NCBI GenBank assembly: GCA_002104905.1
Contig: MCFE01000009.1
Location: 186,001 to 250,000, forward strand
DNA from: Basidiobolus meristosporus CBS 931.73
Lineage: Eukaryota; Fungi; Basidiobolomycota
Reading direction: 5' to 3'
Length of the DNA: 64,000 nucleotides
The notes beneath the pieces are model-generated. The model ran no database searches, was not told the DNA's origin, and saw only the letters and a program-made list of their open reading frames with translations. Shown here piece after piece: positions 33,726-45,819 of this stretch (positions are counted from its first letter, which is position 1; every line of letters begins with the position of its first letter). The translations under genes and the position numbers were made by a program.

Positions 33726-35508
33726 TCATTTCATTGATGTTGAGCTTGATAAGAAGGCCTTGTTCATATATTTACTGTAGAAACTCATTTGAGTGACCGC
33801 CCTATTGTCTTCGGTCTCGCGGTTTACTGTATTGAGCCCAAACACCGAAACCTTACAGGAGTCACAACTATTCCAACTGTTCTGGGATAAGTCCTCACAG
33901 TACGCAAACCGGACCCAATAGTCAATGAACTTGTACGCAACCAGAGTTTCGTAAGGAGCAGGCACGTGCAGAAATGTTGTTAGCACGTCCGAGGCATGGT
34001 GGACAGCGGGTGACAAACCCAAGGATTTCGAAATTGACCTTACGAGTACTTTCATAAGTTGATCGAAATGGTAGTACTACGTCTTGAGTTTTCCTTGTGT
34101 TGCCCAGCTTTTGGCATATTGATGGATTGCACCGCGGAACATTTATGCTTGTTCCAAGGGCAAATCATTCCTATGAGTTGTTTGATTGAGGCTCAAGATA
34201 AATCCTCATGAATTCTTGTTCATATACATGTTGTATGCCTCAGGCTTTGTCGGATTGCAGAATTGACTAAAAAACGTACCCTAAAATCAATTTCACAAAA
34301 GGTTAATTCGGTGCTAATTGCCGTGCGGTGTGCACCAACAAACCTCACTTTTACAGTCACCAACGCTGACCGCTTCGATGCTTTTATCGTATCCTTCGAA
34401 CTCTAGCGCCTTCTTTTTGATGTCAGTATGAATCGTAACATCGTCCTGATGCGGCAATGGAACAGCTCCTAGCACATTGGCATCGTTGATTAAGGTGGTA
34501 TATTTGATTTGCCGCAGAGCATCAACCTTCCCTTAGCTGTCTAGGTTCTTGTCAATCCCGTATTTTTTCAAATGATTATCAAATGAGGGCCGGTCGTCTG
34601 CAACAGGTATAAGCGGTGTCGTATTGATAGTTCCAGATTTCAAGATCGCCCTTCTGAACAAACCACGGTTAGAAGCATATGATAATGGATAGAGATTGAT
34701 CCTGCTGATTCTCCATACACCGCATTTCTGGGTCACCACCAAAGTGTTGGATATTCTTCTTCACCCATTTGAGTCCCAAAACTTGGTCCATTAGTCTACA
34801 GTTACCAACTGCCTTATCTTTACCAGTCATTGGGGATCGCTTGCAATGACGGTGGCAACATCCTTACCAGCCAGAAAACCAAGTACATCTAACCGGTAAG
34901 TGGATTGTCACGATGCCCACAGGGTGTGAGATATTCTTGGTTTAAGGTATAACGTTTTCCGTACCTGGAGATGCAGTATAAATTTTTGCGCATCAGGTAA
35001 GACAATGGCAGGTGTGATACACTTACCACATGGGTAGTGACTATCACCCTCCTGAATGAATGAGCCACCATGAATCCAAACCATCACGGGTATTTTGGTG
35101 CTGTTGGTATCTGGGGTGTATACATTCAGATTCAAGCAGTCATGCTCACTGGCCACTGCCCCTGGAGTGTCAACTTCATAACAGTCCAATGTCTGTGGGC
35201 AGTATGGAATAGAATGGTTATCAGTAGCACATTTGGTAGAGTGGAACAGCCCAACTGTAAGGGCCCACTTACCCATAGCGAGTACTATCTCGCTCACCTT
35301 CCCAGATCACATTGTATGGCGATGCAGGATACCAACGTTTGGTCATATTGGCAAATAGAATCTCTGGGAAGTGTCCCCCTTCACTGGTAACCCCACCTCA
35401 AACAAACACGTAGCTGGGAAGGTTTAGTGTGGTGGTAGCTGTAAAGTTCACACTGGTCGTTGGCGGAGTGAATAAGGATATAGTAACAATGGCTGTATAT
35501 AGTACCAT
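33726..35508 (-). pseudogene. Full-length carboxylesterase pseudogene CE7
   Basis: Frameshifting deletion just 5' of the GESAG codons (~34712-34722), CAA>TAA nonsense (..NLDS* at 34533-34535) and further deletions near 34140-34230. Confidence 0.9.
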
Positions 35509-35579
35509 TGTGGTGCAATTCAAACAATGTAACAAGTAGTACGAGATGATAAAACTGCGTTTCCCCACCAGAGCTGTGT

Positions 35580-35885
35580 ATCTCAAACTTGGAACTCATC
35601 TGATAATCTGCTGGTATTCTAACGGTATTTTGCTGGCATTCAGCTGGTGTTTTCTCTTCAAATTTTTAGTTGCAATTTTTGCTGGAAGTAGTGAGTAGCT
35701 GATTACCAAATTTGGTATTAATGCTAGATGGCTCAGTCTCCTCCTGGAAAATATGTCTGCCTGTCTGCCAAATAGCTAGTACATGAGATATCAAGAGTTG
35801 TCAATTTAGAAACTTGGAATTCAGCTGATGTTATGACGGTATTCTACTGGCCTTTTCTTAATTTTTTTTCTTATGGATAAGTATG
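35580..35885 (+). repeat. ~300-bp dispersed element, left copy (inverted relative to 44170-44470)
   Basis: By-eye alignment with the reverse complement of 44170-44470 is colinear (AACTTGGAA(C/T)TCATCTGAT...CAGCTGGTGTTTT...AGTCTCCTCCTG...GAGAGTTGTCAATT-like...GGCCTTTT). Internal sub-repeat at ~35810. Confidence 0.8.
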
Positions 35886-37139
35886 AGACGAATTTTATTA
35901 GAATCTCTCTCAGCGCCTAGATTGCTATACTGGTAACGCGGTTTAGCAGTAATCAACAACTTGCAATTGCCAAGAGTGCCTAATTGTGTATTTTACAGAG
36001 TAGAATATTAATTTCTAGTCAAGTACTGTACTTGGTTACCCTTAGAGGATTGGATACCAACCTATTGTGATTGATAAAATGCCTGATGCATATGTGCAGA
36101 TGAAACTTCCTCTATAGCAGAACGTAAAAGTGGATTTTACACCAAGGACCCCTTTTCATGGTTGATATTCCATGACAAGAGTAAAGGTCTTTCTAGTCAC
36201 TTTTCGTTGAGTTACCGCCAATGTGAAAAATCTGCTACAAGTGTACTGGTTAACAAGGCTCACCTAATATTCTCATACTAATGTACTTGTAGGTTGATTG
36301 AAAATCACTCTGACCAATAACTCATAATTTCATCTCAAATTTTGTCGTCATCTTTTGTCCACCTATGCATAGCTCACAGCGTCCTACTCATATACTCGGT
36401 GGCTGGTATACTTGTAGTGTATACAAAGTGATTAGAATCCCCAAATTCCTATCCATTGAATCTGTACTTGAAATGGCATTTCATAGTAACCGTTAATACA
36501 GCAAAAAACCCCTGCCAGATGAAATTTATATATATCAAGGCATAATAGCTGCTGAGCACCACCAATCTTGGATCATATTAAATGCCTGGCCAATCTGAAA
36601 ATCGCTAGCTTTTTTTTTTGACGGCCCGACATCGATACTTCTCCAAGAGAAACAAAAATTAGCTGATTGATTCTTGGCTGAAATATCCTGGAGGAGATTA
36701 AAATAGGCTAATCCCATGAATCAATTCACTGCTCCATTTGTTATTTAATATCCGATTCAGGAGAAGGTATGGGCCAAGCTCGAGGATGATTACTAAAAGC
36801 AAAAGTCAAGCTCAACAATCTGATCTTTGAATTGATGTGAAATCGTTTTCTGAGGGCATATTTCAAGTTTTCTATATACACCCAAACTTCGTCACATATA
36901 TGGTTGATTTCAAAGCTTTTTTATCACATTGTGGGCGCAAATTATTCCAACAAAGTAATTTAACAATCCAAGATGGAAGAACCAACATTACCAGATTGGG
37001 CGGTAATTAGCTTGGTAGTTGAGCAATAATACACGATTACAACAAGTGGTATAATAAAGAAGTTGACACGCGATGTGTGTCTTCTCAGAAATACAAAGCG
37101 GGTAAAGATGAAAATCCCTACTGTTTCAAACACTGAGCC

Positions 37140-37620
37140 TAAAGCCCACTACATCCGGATTGTAAACCTAAATGGGCGTCAGGTGATCGATCGACCTTTT
37201 ACCAAGACCATCAAGTTGATTACGACGAACGTCTACTAGGGATTATCAGAGAAATCGGTATTTTATCCTTTCAGCTATGTCACCATGAACTTCCCCAATG
37301 TTCCCTTTCTCTAGTTACGCAGTGTCACTATTCCATACTCCCCAGCTATTGCATTTTTGTATTAGTAAGCCCATCCGGACCCCTATCTAACACTTAGACC
37401 AGAGATCTTCAATTAGTAATGCAAAATGAAACTCACCCGGGACTTCAGTGACAGCATTGGTGTGACTTGACTTTCTGACTGGATCTAGATGCATCATATG
37501 GGCAAAGGGCCAAGGAATGAATTCGGAACCGCGCAAAAACAACTGGTCAACTTCACACACCATCTTCATTATGCCTCTCATTACTATTAAAGAGATAGAA
37601 CGGTTTTCTTATCAGAAGCA
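37140..37620 (+). mobile_element. Possible highly degenerate Ty3/gypsy pol relic
   Basis: Stop-riddled translations loosely resemble the retropepsin tail (..FPNVPFL*LRSVTIP) and RT (LDLDASYGQ....KTT). No LTRs seen. Confidence 0.25.
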
Positions 37621-39319
37621 TTTATCTCAGGCTCAAGGTACAGCAATAACATCGATTCGCAATCCATCCAAAGAGATCGGATACAAGATGTATGTTCAAA
37701 TATCAAACCGATTTCAGATCACTAAAATTCCGTTAAAAATGGTATACATAAACCAGTTGAGTGCACGTGTAATTTCAGCCATGTAAATCAATGAAGTTTG
37801 AAACGTCGCAATTTAACCATTGCTAGATCAGTGAAGGAACTGGTGGCTACCTCGTCTCACTTCCCACGAACATACTAGTGAGGGACATGACACAAGCCTG
37901 GTCACACTATGGGGAATCAACCGAAACCCAATTGGGTCGCAATGTCGAATGCTTTATATTCATCCAATTTCACCAGAGTGCATTGATCCTTCTGTAGCCT
38001 GATTCAGAAAAACAGGACGGTGAATGGAAATTTGATGTCGTGCTAGTTTCCCTGAGTTGTTGTTGCCTTCGTGACAACTTAATCAACCATCAAGATGGCC
38101 ATAGGTTTGTCTTGTAGCACGCGATAGTACAGATTTGCCAACTCTAAACGCATCACAATTGGAGGATTAGCATGATGTTCTAGTTTATGGCGTTCTAGCT
38201 ATACACGCACGGGCCACATGAATCAAAGTACTAACTCCGGATACTCGGCAAAGCAAACAGATACCCAATACAGGAGGGATATTTACACTCTGGCCGTCCT
38301 CTCTTGTATATCTATTTTAGAGAATTGCATCGAAGAATGGATGGGTGTTTCTATGTCGGAAATGTATAAACCGGGCAATATTTCTGTATTATCAGGAAAG
38401 GCTCACCTACATCCAGCTCATAAGGGTACTAACACTATAGTGTTCGGGGGACAGCCGCAGTAGTGCCAAATAATACACAAGCTCAATTACTAATAAAGCT
38501 GCCAACTTGCTGCAGATAGGCGGCGTCGAAGAATTGAAAAGAGGACTAGAACCTGTATGTTAATTAAGTATCCATCACTCTAAGCAAAGAAGTGTATCCA
38601 TATGGACTTTCAAGTTGCACCTGACGCATTACTGGGCTTTTTGCTATCCAAATACGAGTCTTACAGGATGGGTTTCTGGAGAAACTCATGGAATAGATAG
38701 CTATTGTTCGATCAGCATAAAGGTAGTACGTTTTAAGCCCCAGATGCCGTCCATGGAAAGAATTGGATCAAAAACACCATGGTGCCAGTGCCTTCTCCAG
38801 TTGCAACCAGATTTAGGATCATCCAGTGCAAAATAATGAACACAAGCATGATCTTCTTGGTATGGATCATCCATGATGTCATCGTCCGTAGCAGAAATGA
38901 TTTAATGCTGTGGATTTTCAGGAATGGATGCACATGAGCCTTATACCCTAACAATAAGGTTTGGATATGAAATAATTAACGCATGTCCATGTTACTCTAT
39001 CGATATGGATCTGGAGCGGTGAACTTATCTTTGTTAATAGCCAAGTTACACATAGTTATGCCAACCACCAGAAAAGCTTCAAATTGCACATGCACAACTG
39101 TTAATTGGTTAGTACTCAGCTCAACAAACAAGTTCCATCTTATAGTGGATATTTGCCCTTCTGGGTACTTATTGGAACGGGAAAGCATGTCACCTCTGAA
39201 AATGACTAATTTGACCCCGGGGTGGGTTCATCGTTGCCAATGGAGCACCAACTTCAGCTCGAATACCATAAAAATGACGCCGCCGCCCTAGAGTTTTTCG
39301 GGCCATCATTTCGAAGCAA

Positions 39320-40952
39320 ATGTCCATCTCAGATGCACAAAATGAGGCAAAGCCTTCACTGGAAATGGCAGTAGGGAGTTCGCCTGCCACAAATAATTCC
39401 GTTGCCACCACCAACGAAGTACCACGGCGGTGGTTTTTCATTTCGATTGCCCTCAGTTACCTAGCTTTTGTGGTAATTGGTTTCAATGACGGTAGTTTCG
39501 GGGTATTGCTTTCTGGTATCTCAGTCCAATATCAAGTTAGCGATCAGATGGTTGCTGTAGTATTTCTGTTCACTCTTATTGGATACTTGCTTTCTTCTCT
39601 GGTATGCGGCTGGCTTATTGAACGACTCACCATCCGTATATATCTTGCTTGTGCGGGCCTGCTCTTTATCATTGCAACAGTCCTTTGTGGCATAGCACCT
39701 CCTTTTGCCGCATATCTGGCAATATTGGTACTTCTTGGTGTGGCGGTAAGATCCCTGCCTACAAATTATCAATGCACTCGATACATGGCTAATTCACTTC
39801 AAGGTAGCGGCCGTCGATGCAGGTTTCAATGCTTACTTTGTCGCCCTTCCGAACAATGGCGCTCTACTGAACTATCTGCATGCCTCCTATGGCGTTGGTG
39901 CCTGGGTTGGTCCTATTATTGCCAATGCTGTCATGGGGGAAAAAGAAAACCGCCTGCGTTGGCATTATCTATATTATATCTGGGGTGGCGCTTGCCTCTT
40001 GGTACTTCTTTGCTTTTTAGCTATGTTCCGGAATGCGCTTCCATCAATGAAATCAAAGGATACTGATTCTTGCGAAAAGAAGAATCTTGCCAACACTATA
40101 GACAGCGATGAAGATATCCAAGGTGGCCTTATGATGGCTACTTTACGTAAAAGTGTGGTCTGGTTAGGTGGCTTGATGGCGTTTGTCTACATGGGTGCTG
40201 GTTAGTCGGGCTTTGCTAAAAAATAGGTAAAACTACGCTACGTTGCTAATTGTTGCTACTCTATGATACATAGGTGTCAGTATTGGGAGTTGGACCTTTA
40301 AGTTATTTGAAGAAAGCCGTGGGTTTTCATCCTCGCTCTCGAGCTTGTTTGTCAGTATCTACTGGCTTGGTATGTTTCTTGGTCGTGTAACGCTTGGTCT
40401 CATGGCCCGAACTCGCCGAAGACAGTTTTTCGTGATCTACGCTTGTCTTGGTTTCACTATTCTTGGTTTACTGCTTGTGTGGCTCTTACGCTCAGCAGCT
40501 GCTTGCGGCATTGGTATTTTCTTGATAGGATATGGACTGTAAGTAGCATCCGTCATCTCCAACGATTTAGAATTGCTAATCTAGTGTTTCTCTACGCAGT
40601 GGCCCCATTTATCCTACTTCAATAGCTGTTATCAACGATCTACTCTATTCTAAGCGTTTACAAGGTAAAATGAAACAAATCCCGATTTCCCTCGTGTGTG
40701 ATATGTTTGCTCACATCGTCTGTAGCTACCGCAATCGGCTTCATTACCGCATTTGCATGTTGTGGTAACGGATTATTCTCTTGGTTAGCTGGTTATCTCA
40801 TAGGAAGCTATGGATACGAGACTTTCTTGCCCTATGAAGTAGGGCTTGTCCTCGGGATCGCGGTTATTTGGATAATTCTACACGTTCGTGGATTGTTTCT
40901 GATCAAAGAGAGAGAGAAATCAATGGCTTATACAGAAGATAGGAGAGTTTAA
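39320..40952 (+). CDS. MFS transporter (Bsc6/FucP-like), ~459 aa, 5 exons
   Basis: join(39320..39745,39804..40200,40274..40538,40600..40664,40726..40952) = 1380 nt in frame. Motifs GFNDGSFG, DAGFNAY, LNYLHASYGVGAWVGP, WLGMFLGR, GPIYPT; many hydrophobic segments. Confidence 0.9.
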
Positions 40953-41374
40953 ACTATCTATATATATATATATTAAGATACTCGTCGTATAGTATTTACT
41001 CAAATAAACTGTGCTTACTGCACCGGCACAACTCAGTTGTAAATAAGCGAGTCTCCCAGGGTCTACGCACATGAATTTCAGAACTCAAATGGTTATCGAT
41101 ATCATTCCCCAGATTGCTTATACTATCCCAACATTAACCAGTGATAACGCAATCCTAAAAAGTGGTTACCGTGACCCAAAATTCAGGATTGTTCTTACGG
41201 GTTGTAGTACATTCCTTGGTCAGAACTTTATAACATTAGGAATGGATGGTTGTTTACGTACAGGAAAGTGAAAATCCGATTTGTTATCTAGAAACCAGCA
41301 ATTCATCATCTCGATCTAAATGTATCCCTTCAGATGGTCCAATATGGTAATAGGTGAAATAAAAGAAGAATTTT

Positions 41375-42375
41375 TCACCCAACTAGCAAGGTTCCTGGAT
41401 TGCAGTGTGTAACAGCCAGCGAAACCTTCTGCTTGACAAGAAAGGTTGACGCTCTTGGCACCAACATAAATGGTAATTTCTTGTTTAAGGGGAGCCCACC
41501 AATATTGACTCAAGCCTTAACATCTCCGTCTGCACTCAGCATAGCGAACACAAAGTGCCACATTCTTTGTCGTACAAAACCAAGATACACTTCATTTCTT
41601 GCGAAAACACTTTAAGTGGTGTGTTCATATCCACAATCTACAATATTCCCCACACCAAATGGGCTTGAGTATTCGCGCCCGCCATGCCCGTCATCAACAT
41701 ATCTTCGCCCATCATCTGGATGATAACCAATACTGCAGATGCTCCATCCAGTGTGTCTAAAGTGCAGATAGGGCCAGGTTTCGAAGCCAATAGCAAGTAC
41801 AGCATTTGACTTGGATTTTTCCAAGATGGTCATCAAGGCTGAAAGCGGAAATTGTGTCTAAATTGATAGGTTATCGCCCGGATAGTGAAAGTGAATGATT
41901 GATTCATTGTTTGATGAAGTGGTGGATACATACTCATCCAGCAGTGGGTTAATGTGACAGTGGCTCAACACCAGGTGTTTTTACTAGCCCAGGTAACCGT
42001 GCACCTCTAGGCTGGGTGAGTTGATATATAGTGGAAAGTCTGGGCTAAATTTCAAGCCAGCCTTGCATTGATTTTTGGTAGCATGGTGGGTCGAGTAAAG
42101 CCGATTAAACGACGTATTAGGGAGTGCATGGACACACACAGGAGGAGGTAGTGTTGGTAGATTGTTATCATTCCCATGCAGTGGTATTGGTTCATTGGCA
42201 CGTGAGTTAACAAACGTAGACGGGCGGATAGGCTTTGCCTCAAGTCCATGCTTCTCTTTTTCCATGCTCTACAAAGGTCCGAGAGATATAAGAACTGTGG
42301 CTCAGACGGGTCTTTTGGATTCTTCAGATGAGCCCCAGCCTCCACATATAGTAAAAGTAAAAATACCAATGGAAG
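41375..42375 (-). pseudogene. SSH4/EAR1-like membrane-anchored SPRY-domain gene, decayed
   Basis: Fragments TILEK..AVLAIGFETWPYLHFRHTGW..SIGYHPDDG..YSSPFGVGNIVDCGY, then frameshifted VFARNEVYLG...*VNIGGLP. Upstream hydrophobic LVFLLLLY; several stops and frameshifts. Confidence 0.72.
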
Positions 42376-42799
42376 AGATAGGTGTGCGTATGAATGGCTT
42401 GAATCAAGGCGTTCCTTTATTTGTGAGGGTGTCCAACATACAAATCAAATTGCTCTCCAGACTATTGATGCACAAATGGTGAATGGAATCTTGATGGGAA
42501 TTTCATATCAAAAAACTTACCAACTACGGTACTATTACCGACAAAAGGAGAGTTCATGACACCCCCTAGTGCTACCAAATACACTATGTAGACCTAAGGA
42601 ACCTATTCGCAGGCTTAGGACAGTGCCAAGTTGTACCCAGATTTATTTTGAGGCTAATCAGAGTAACCTTCAATGTGTTAAATGTCCAACGTTTCATGAA
42701 AGATAATAGTGTTTATTCCTAAATGTTTACATTGGCCCATATACTACAACTTATGAACTTTTCCCTTTGTCGAGATTTGCCTAGAATATTGTCTACAAA

Positions 42800-43760
42800 A
42801 CGACAGGTACCCAAAACATGCACATGTAATAGTTTTTCCAAAATCCCCAAAGCTTTGCAAACATGTTTTTAGATCTCTTCAAACGTACTTTATGTACTTT
42901 TTGCCAAGACCTTGGAGAAGTGCAAATACCACTTTCACACTGAGTAGATCATCAAGTGAAAACCGTTGTAAATTTCGTAATTTCACCCTACTTAGTCACT
43001 TGGATCTTTGTCTACAAATCTTAGTGAGTTCTGACCAAATCCCGTGTTGGGATTTACTTTGAATATTTTCACCAAAATATCAGGTACCCAGAACATGAAA
43101 TTTTGTTAAGTTGTCCAAGAGTATAAATACTACTTTTACATTCAATAAATCATCAAGTGAAAACCACATAGTCTACTTGTTCTCCCAATCACTTCCAATA
43201 TCTCCAAAACTCTTACAACAAAAATCATATAGTCTACTAGCTCTCTTAATCCCCATCAATATATCCAAAACTCTCACAGCAGATGACATAAGCTATTGAA
43301 TACTGTTGACTTAGAAAACTTGAAAGCAAAATAATGCCTTTAATCAAATGGGTAATAAAAAATAGCAGCTAGAATGTGTTGACCAACAGTCAGCTTGGTG
43401 CAATCAAGATTTGGGTTGTATCTGTTGTAAAAATTCGGAATTCCACCTAAATATTCACCTAACTGAGTCCCTTAGATCATTACCTTCAAATCCTAGAGAA
43501 TACTGACCAAATTCCTTGTCGGGATTTACTTAGAATATTTACCCAGAACATGAAAATTAGATAAGTTGTCCAAACAGCCCCAAACTTTGCACACATGTTC
43601 TTGGGACCTTCCTTAACCTATTATATGTGTTTGTTATGCCAAGACTATGTAAAAGTACAAATACTACTTTTACATTCAATAAATCATTAAGTGAAAACCA
43701 CATAATCTACTTGTTCTCCCAAATCACTTCCAATATCTCCAAGACTCTTACAGCAGTATC
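42800..43760. repeat. Degenerate AT-rich tandem repeat block; a related copy lies inverted at ~63640-63900
   Basis: Recurring ATCAT(C/T)AAGTGAAAACC (~42951, ~43150, ~43683), GGGATTTACTT, ACCCA(A/G)AACATG. TTAGTCACTTGGAT (~42993) matches ATCCAAGTGACTTAG (~63766) in reverse. Confidence 0.7.
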
Positions 43761-44169
43761 TGACCAGAATAACTTATTAGCTGAATGGAAGTATTGCACA
43801 CATTTAGTGTAGCACTGATTTATTTATGTACAGTATAATGCAGTCAGCATCATGCATTGGTTGTTAGCTAATAGGAGCCAATTAGTCAGATATCCACAAA
43901 CACCCAGCTTATAACATAAACAAAACTCTCATTGATTCTGTGGATCATTTGGATGAGTCTGAAAATGTTAATAACTTTCAATTTCTCACTACTTTCCAAG
44001 AATTAGTGATGAACTTAATTCCTAGGTAAACAAATAAACAATAGAAGGTGCACTAACTCTAGGATATATGAGCAATCAAGTGTTAAACTAATTATATGCA
44101 ACAGATTTGTGGAGTTCTAACAACACCAAGTTATCAGCCAATAACTCCAACATCTAATGATTGTTACAT

Positions 44170-44470
44170 AATCCCTAAGAAAAAAAATTGACAAAAGGCC
44201 AGCAAATCACCATCATAGTATCACCTGAATTCCAAGTTTCTCAAAATTGACAACTCTCAAAATCTCTGTTCTGAGCTGATGGGCAGGGAAGCAAACAAGT
44301 TGTTCAGGAGGAGACTAGGCAAACTAGCACCCATACCAAATTTAGTAATTAGCTGCCCATCACTTCCATCAATAATTGCATTTGAAAATTTGAACCCAAA
44401 ACACCAGCTGAATACCAGAAAGATACCATCAGAATACCAGCTAAAAATCAGATGAATTCCAAGTTGAGAT
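44170..44470 (-). repeat. ~300-bp dispersed element, right copy (inverted)
   Basis: Reverse complement aligns with 35580-35885. Confidence 0.8.
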
Positions 44471-45819
44471 TTTACATATGGAATAGATGCTCCAGAATTC
44501 CTACCCAGATAGAAATAGATTTCCCCTCTGGTCTACTCGAGCTAACTTGTATCCCAACTATTTCGTATGTGGATCAGTCAGGGGCTAAGCCAAAAGCGGA
44601 CTTGCGTGCATACCACAGTATGTAAATAAATCCGCAGATCAACTGGTAACACGAAGATCCTGGGGAGACCCGCCGATGTCATATACCGAGTGTTTGGAGA
44701 CAGTTTGAACAAATCATTAAATGATCGCTGGTTCGTTAGTGGTCAGCAAGGATCATCATGGGAGTAGATCGCAGGCTCGAAGCCCCATCCTCTTGCCATG
44801 AATGACTAGATAAACCGTACCAGGCACTGATGGAATCTTCACCTCTTAGTACCGTATTTCGTCTCTAGAAAAAATCTTATTGGATCCACAGCTACTTTGG
44901 ACACCCACCTGACACCGTCAATTCAAAAAACCAGTCAGCTACATTGCGGGCAAGACTGGAGTGCAGGTCATGACAGAGAACGATATATATTATGGTCATT
45001 ATTGTAAGGCATACAAACTTCAACTCTCCAAAAGTTCGAAGTTTGCCCCATATCCGTCTCACTTTGATGAACTCTACTCCACGACGTGGTCCCTGCAAGT
45101 GCACCTTAGAGATCTTCCTTCAGGTTCATATTGTAAGGAACTTGGTTCTGTTGTAACTGGGCTGATGGTTTGCTCACTGGGCACACTCGGCATCTGTAGT
45201 CGAGGATTGTAACTACCCACTCCTCGTAATACTCTGCTAACTTCCATCAACAACTGCTACTCAGTTGGAGTTGTCGCTTGCACTTTTACACATCGGTGAC
45301 TTCTATCTGTATCCGATCTATGCTGCGCTAACCATGTAGAAACCCATGGAGTGGGCTTCTTTCGGTTCTAAGTCACTGGTGGAGGATTTTTTTTGGTTGA
45401 CAGATGGGCAGGTTGAATATATATGGCTTCTCTTACTTCTATTTGGCAAAGATCGAACCCAATTATATTATCCGAATCAAGACAGCCTAGACCTGCTAAA
45501 CTCCCCACCGATGGAAACCAAGTTGGAAATGGGTGATACAAACTTTGCATTGCCCAATGGGGTCATTTCCAACCAGATATAGTGCAATAAGTTACTATGT
45601 CGGGCTATTGCTTGCGGTCGGTTGTATATGTACCCGGCATTGGCTCCCCCTGTATATAGCGTTCATTTCGGTACGGGCTTGGATTATAAGTTGGGAATGA
45701 ACTAAGATAACAGTGCATTCCAGATTGGATCTAGCATTCAAGTGAGTCCATCGTGGCTGATTTGATCGACTATAAATTACAACGGCTGTGCGTCGCGTCA
45801 GTATCTTTATTCCCTTATA

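Noticed and set aside
36420-36720. RT-like GYYEMPF peptide on the minus strand
   Set aside because: Too short, no supporting motifs, and on the opposite strand to the other weak pol-like relic.
40538-40600. Suspected frameshift at MFS intron 3
   Set aside because: Recount shows CT|T GGC CCC ATT TAT is in frame (LGPIYPT); the gene is intact.
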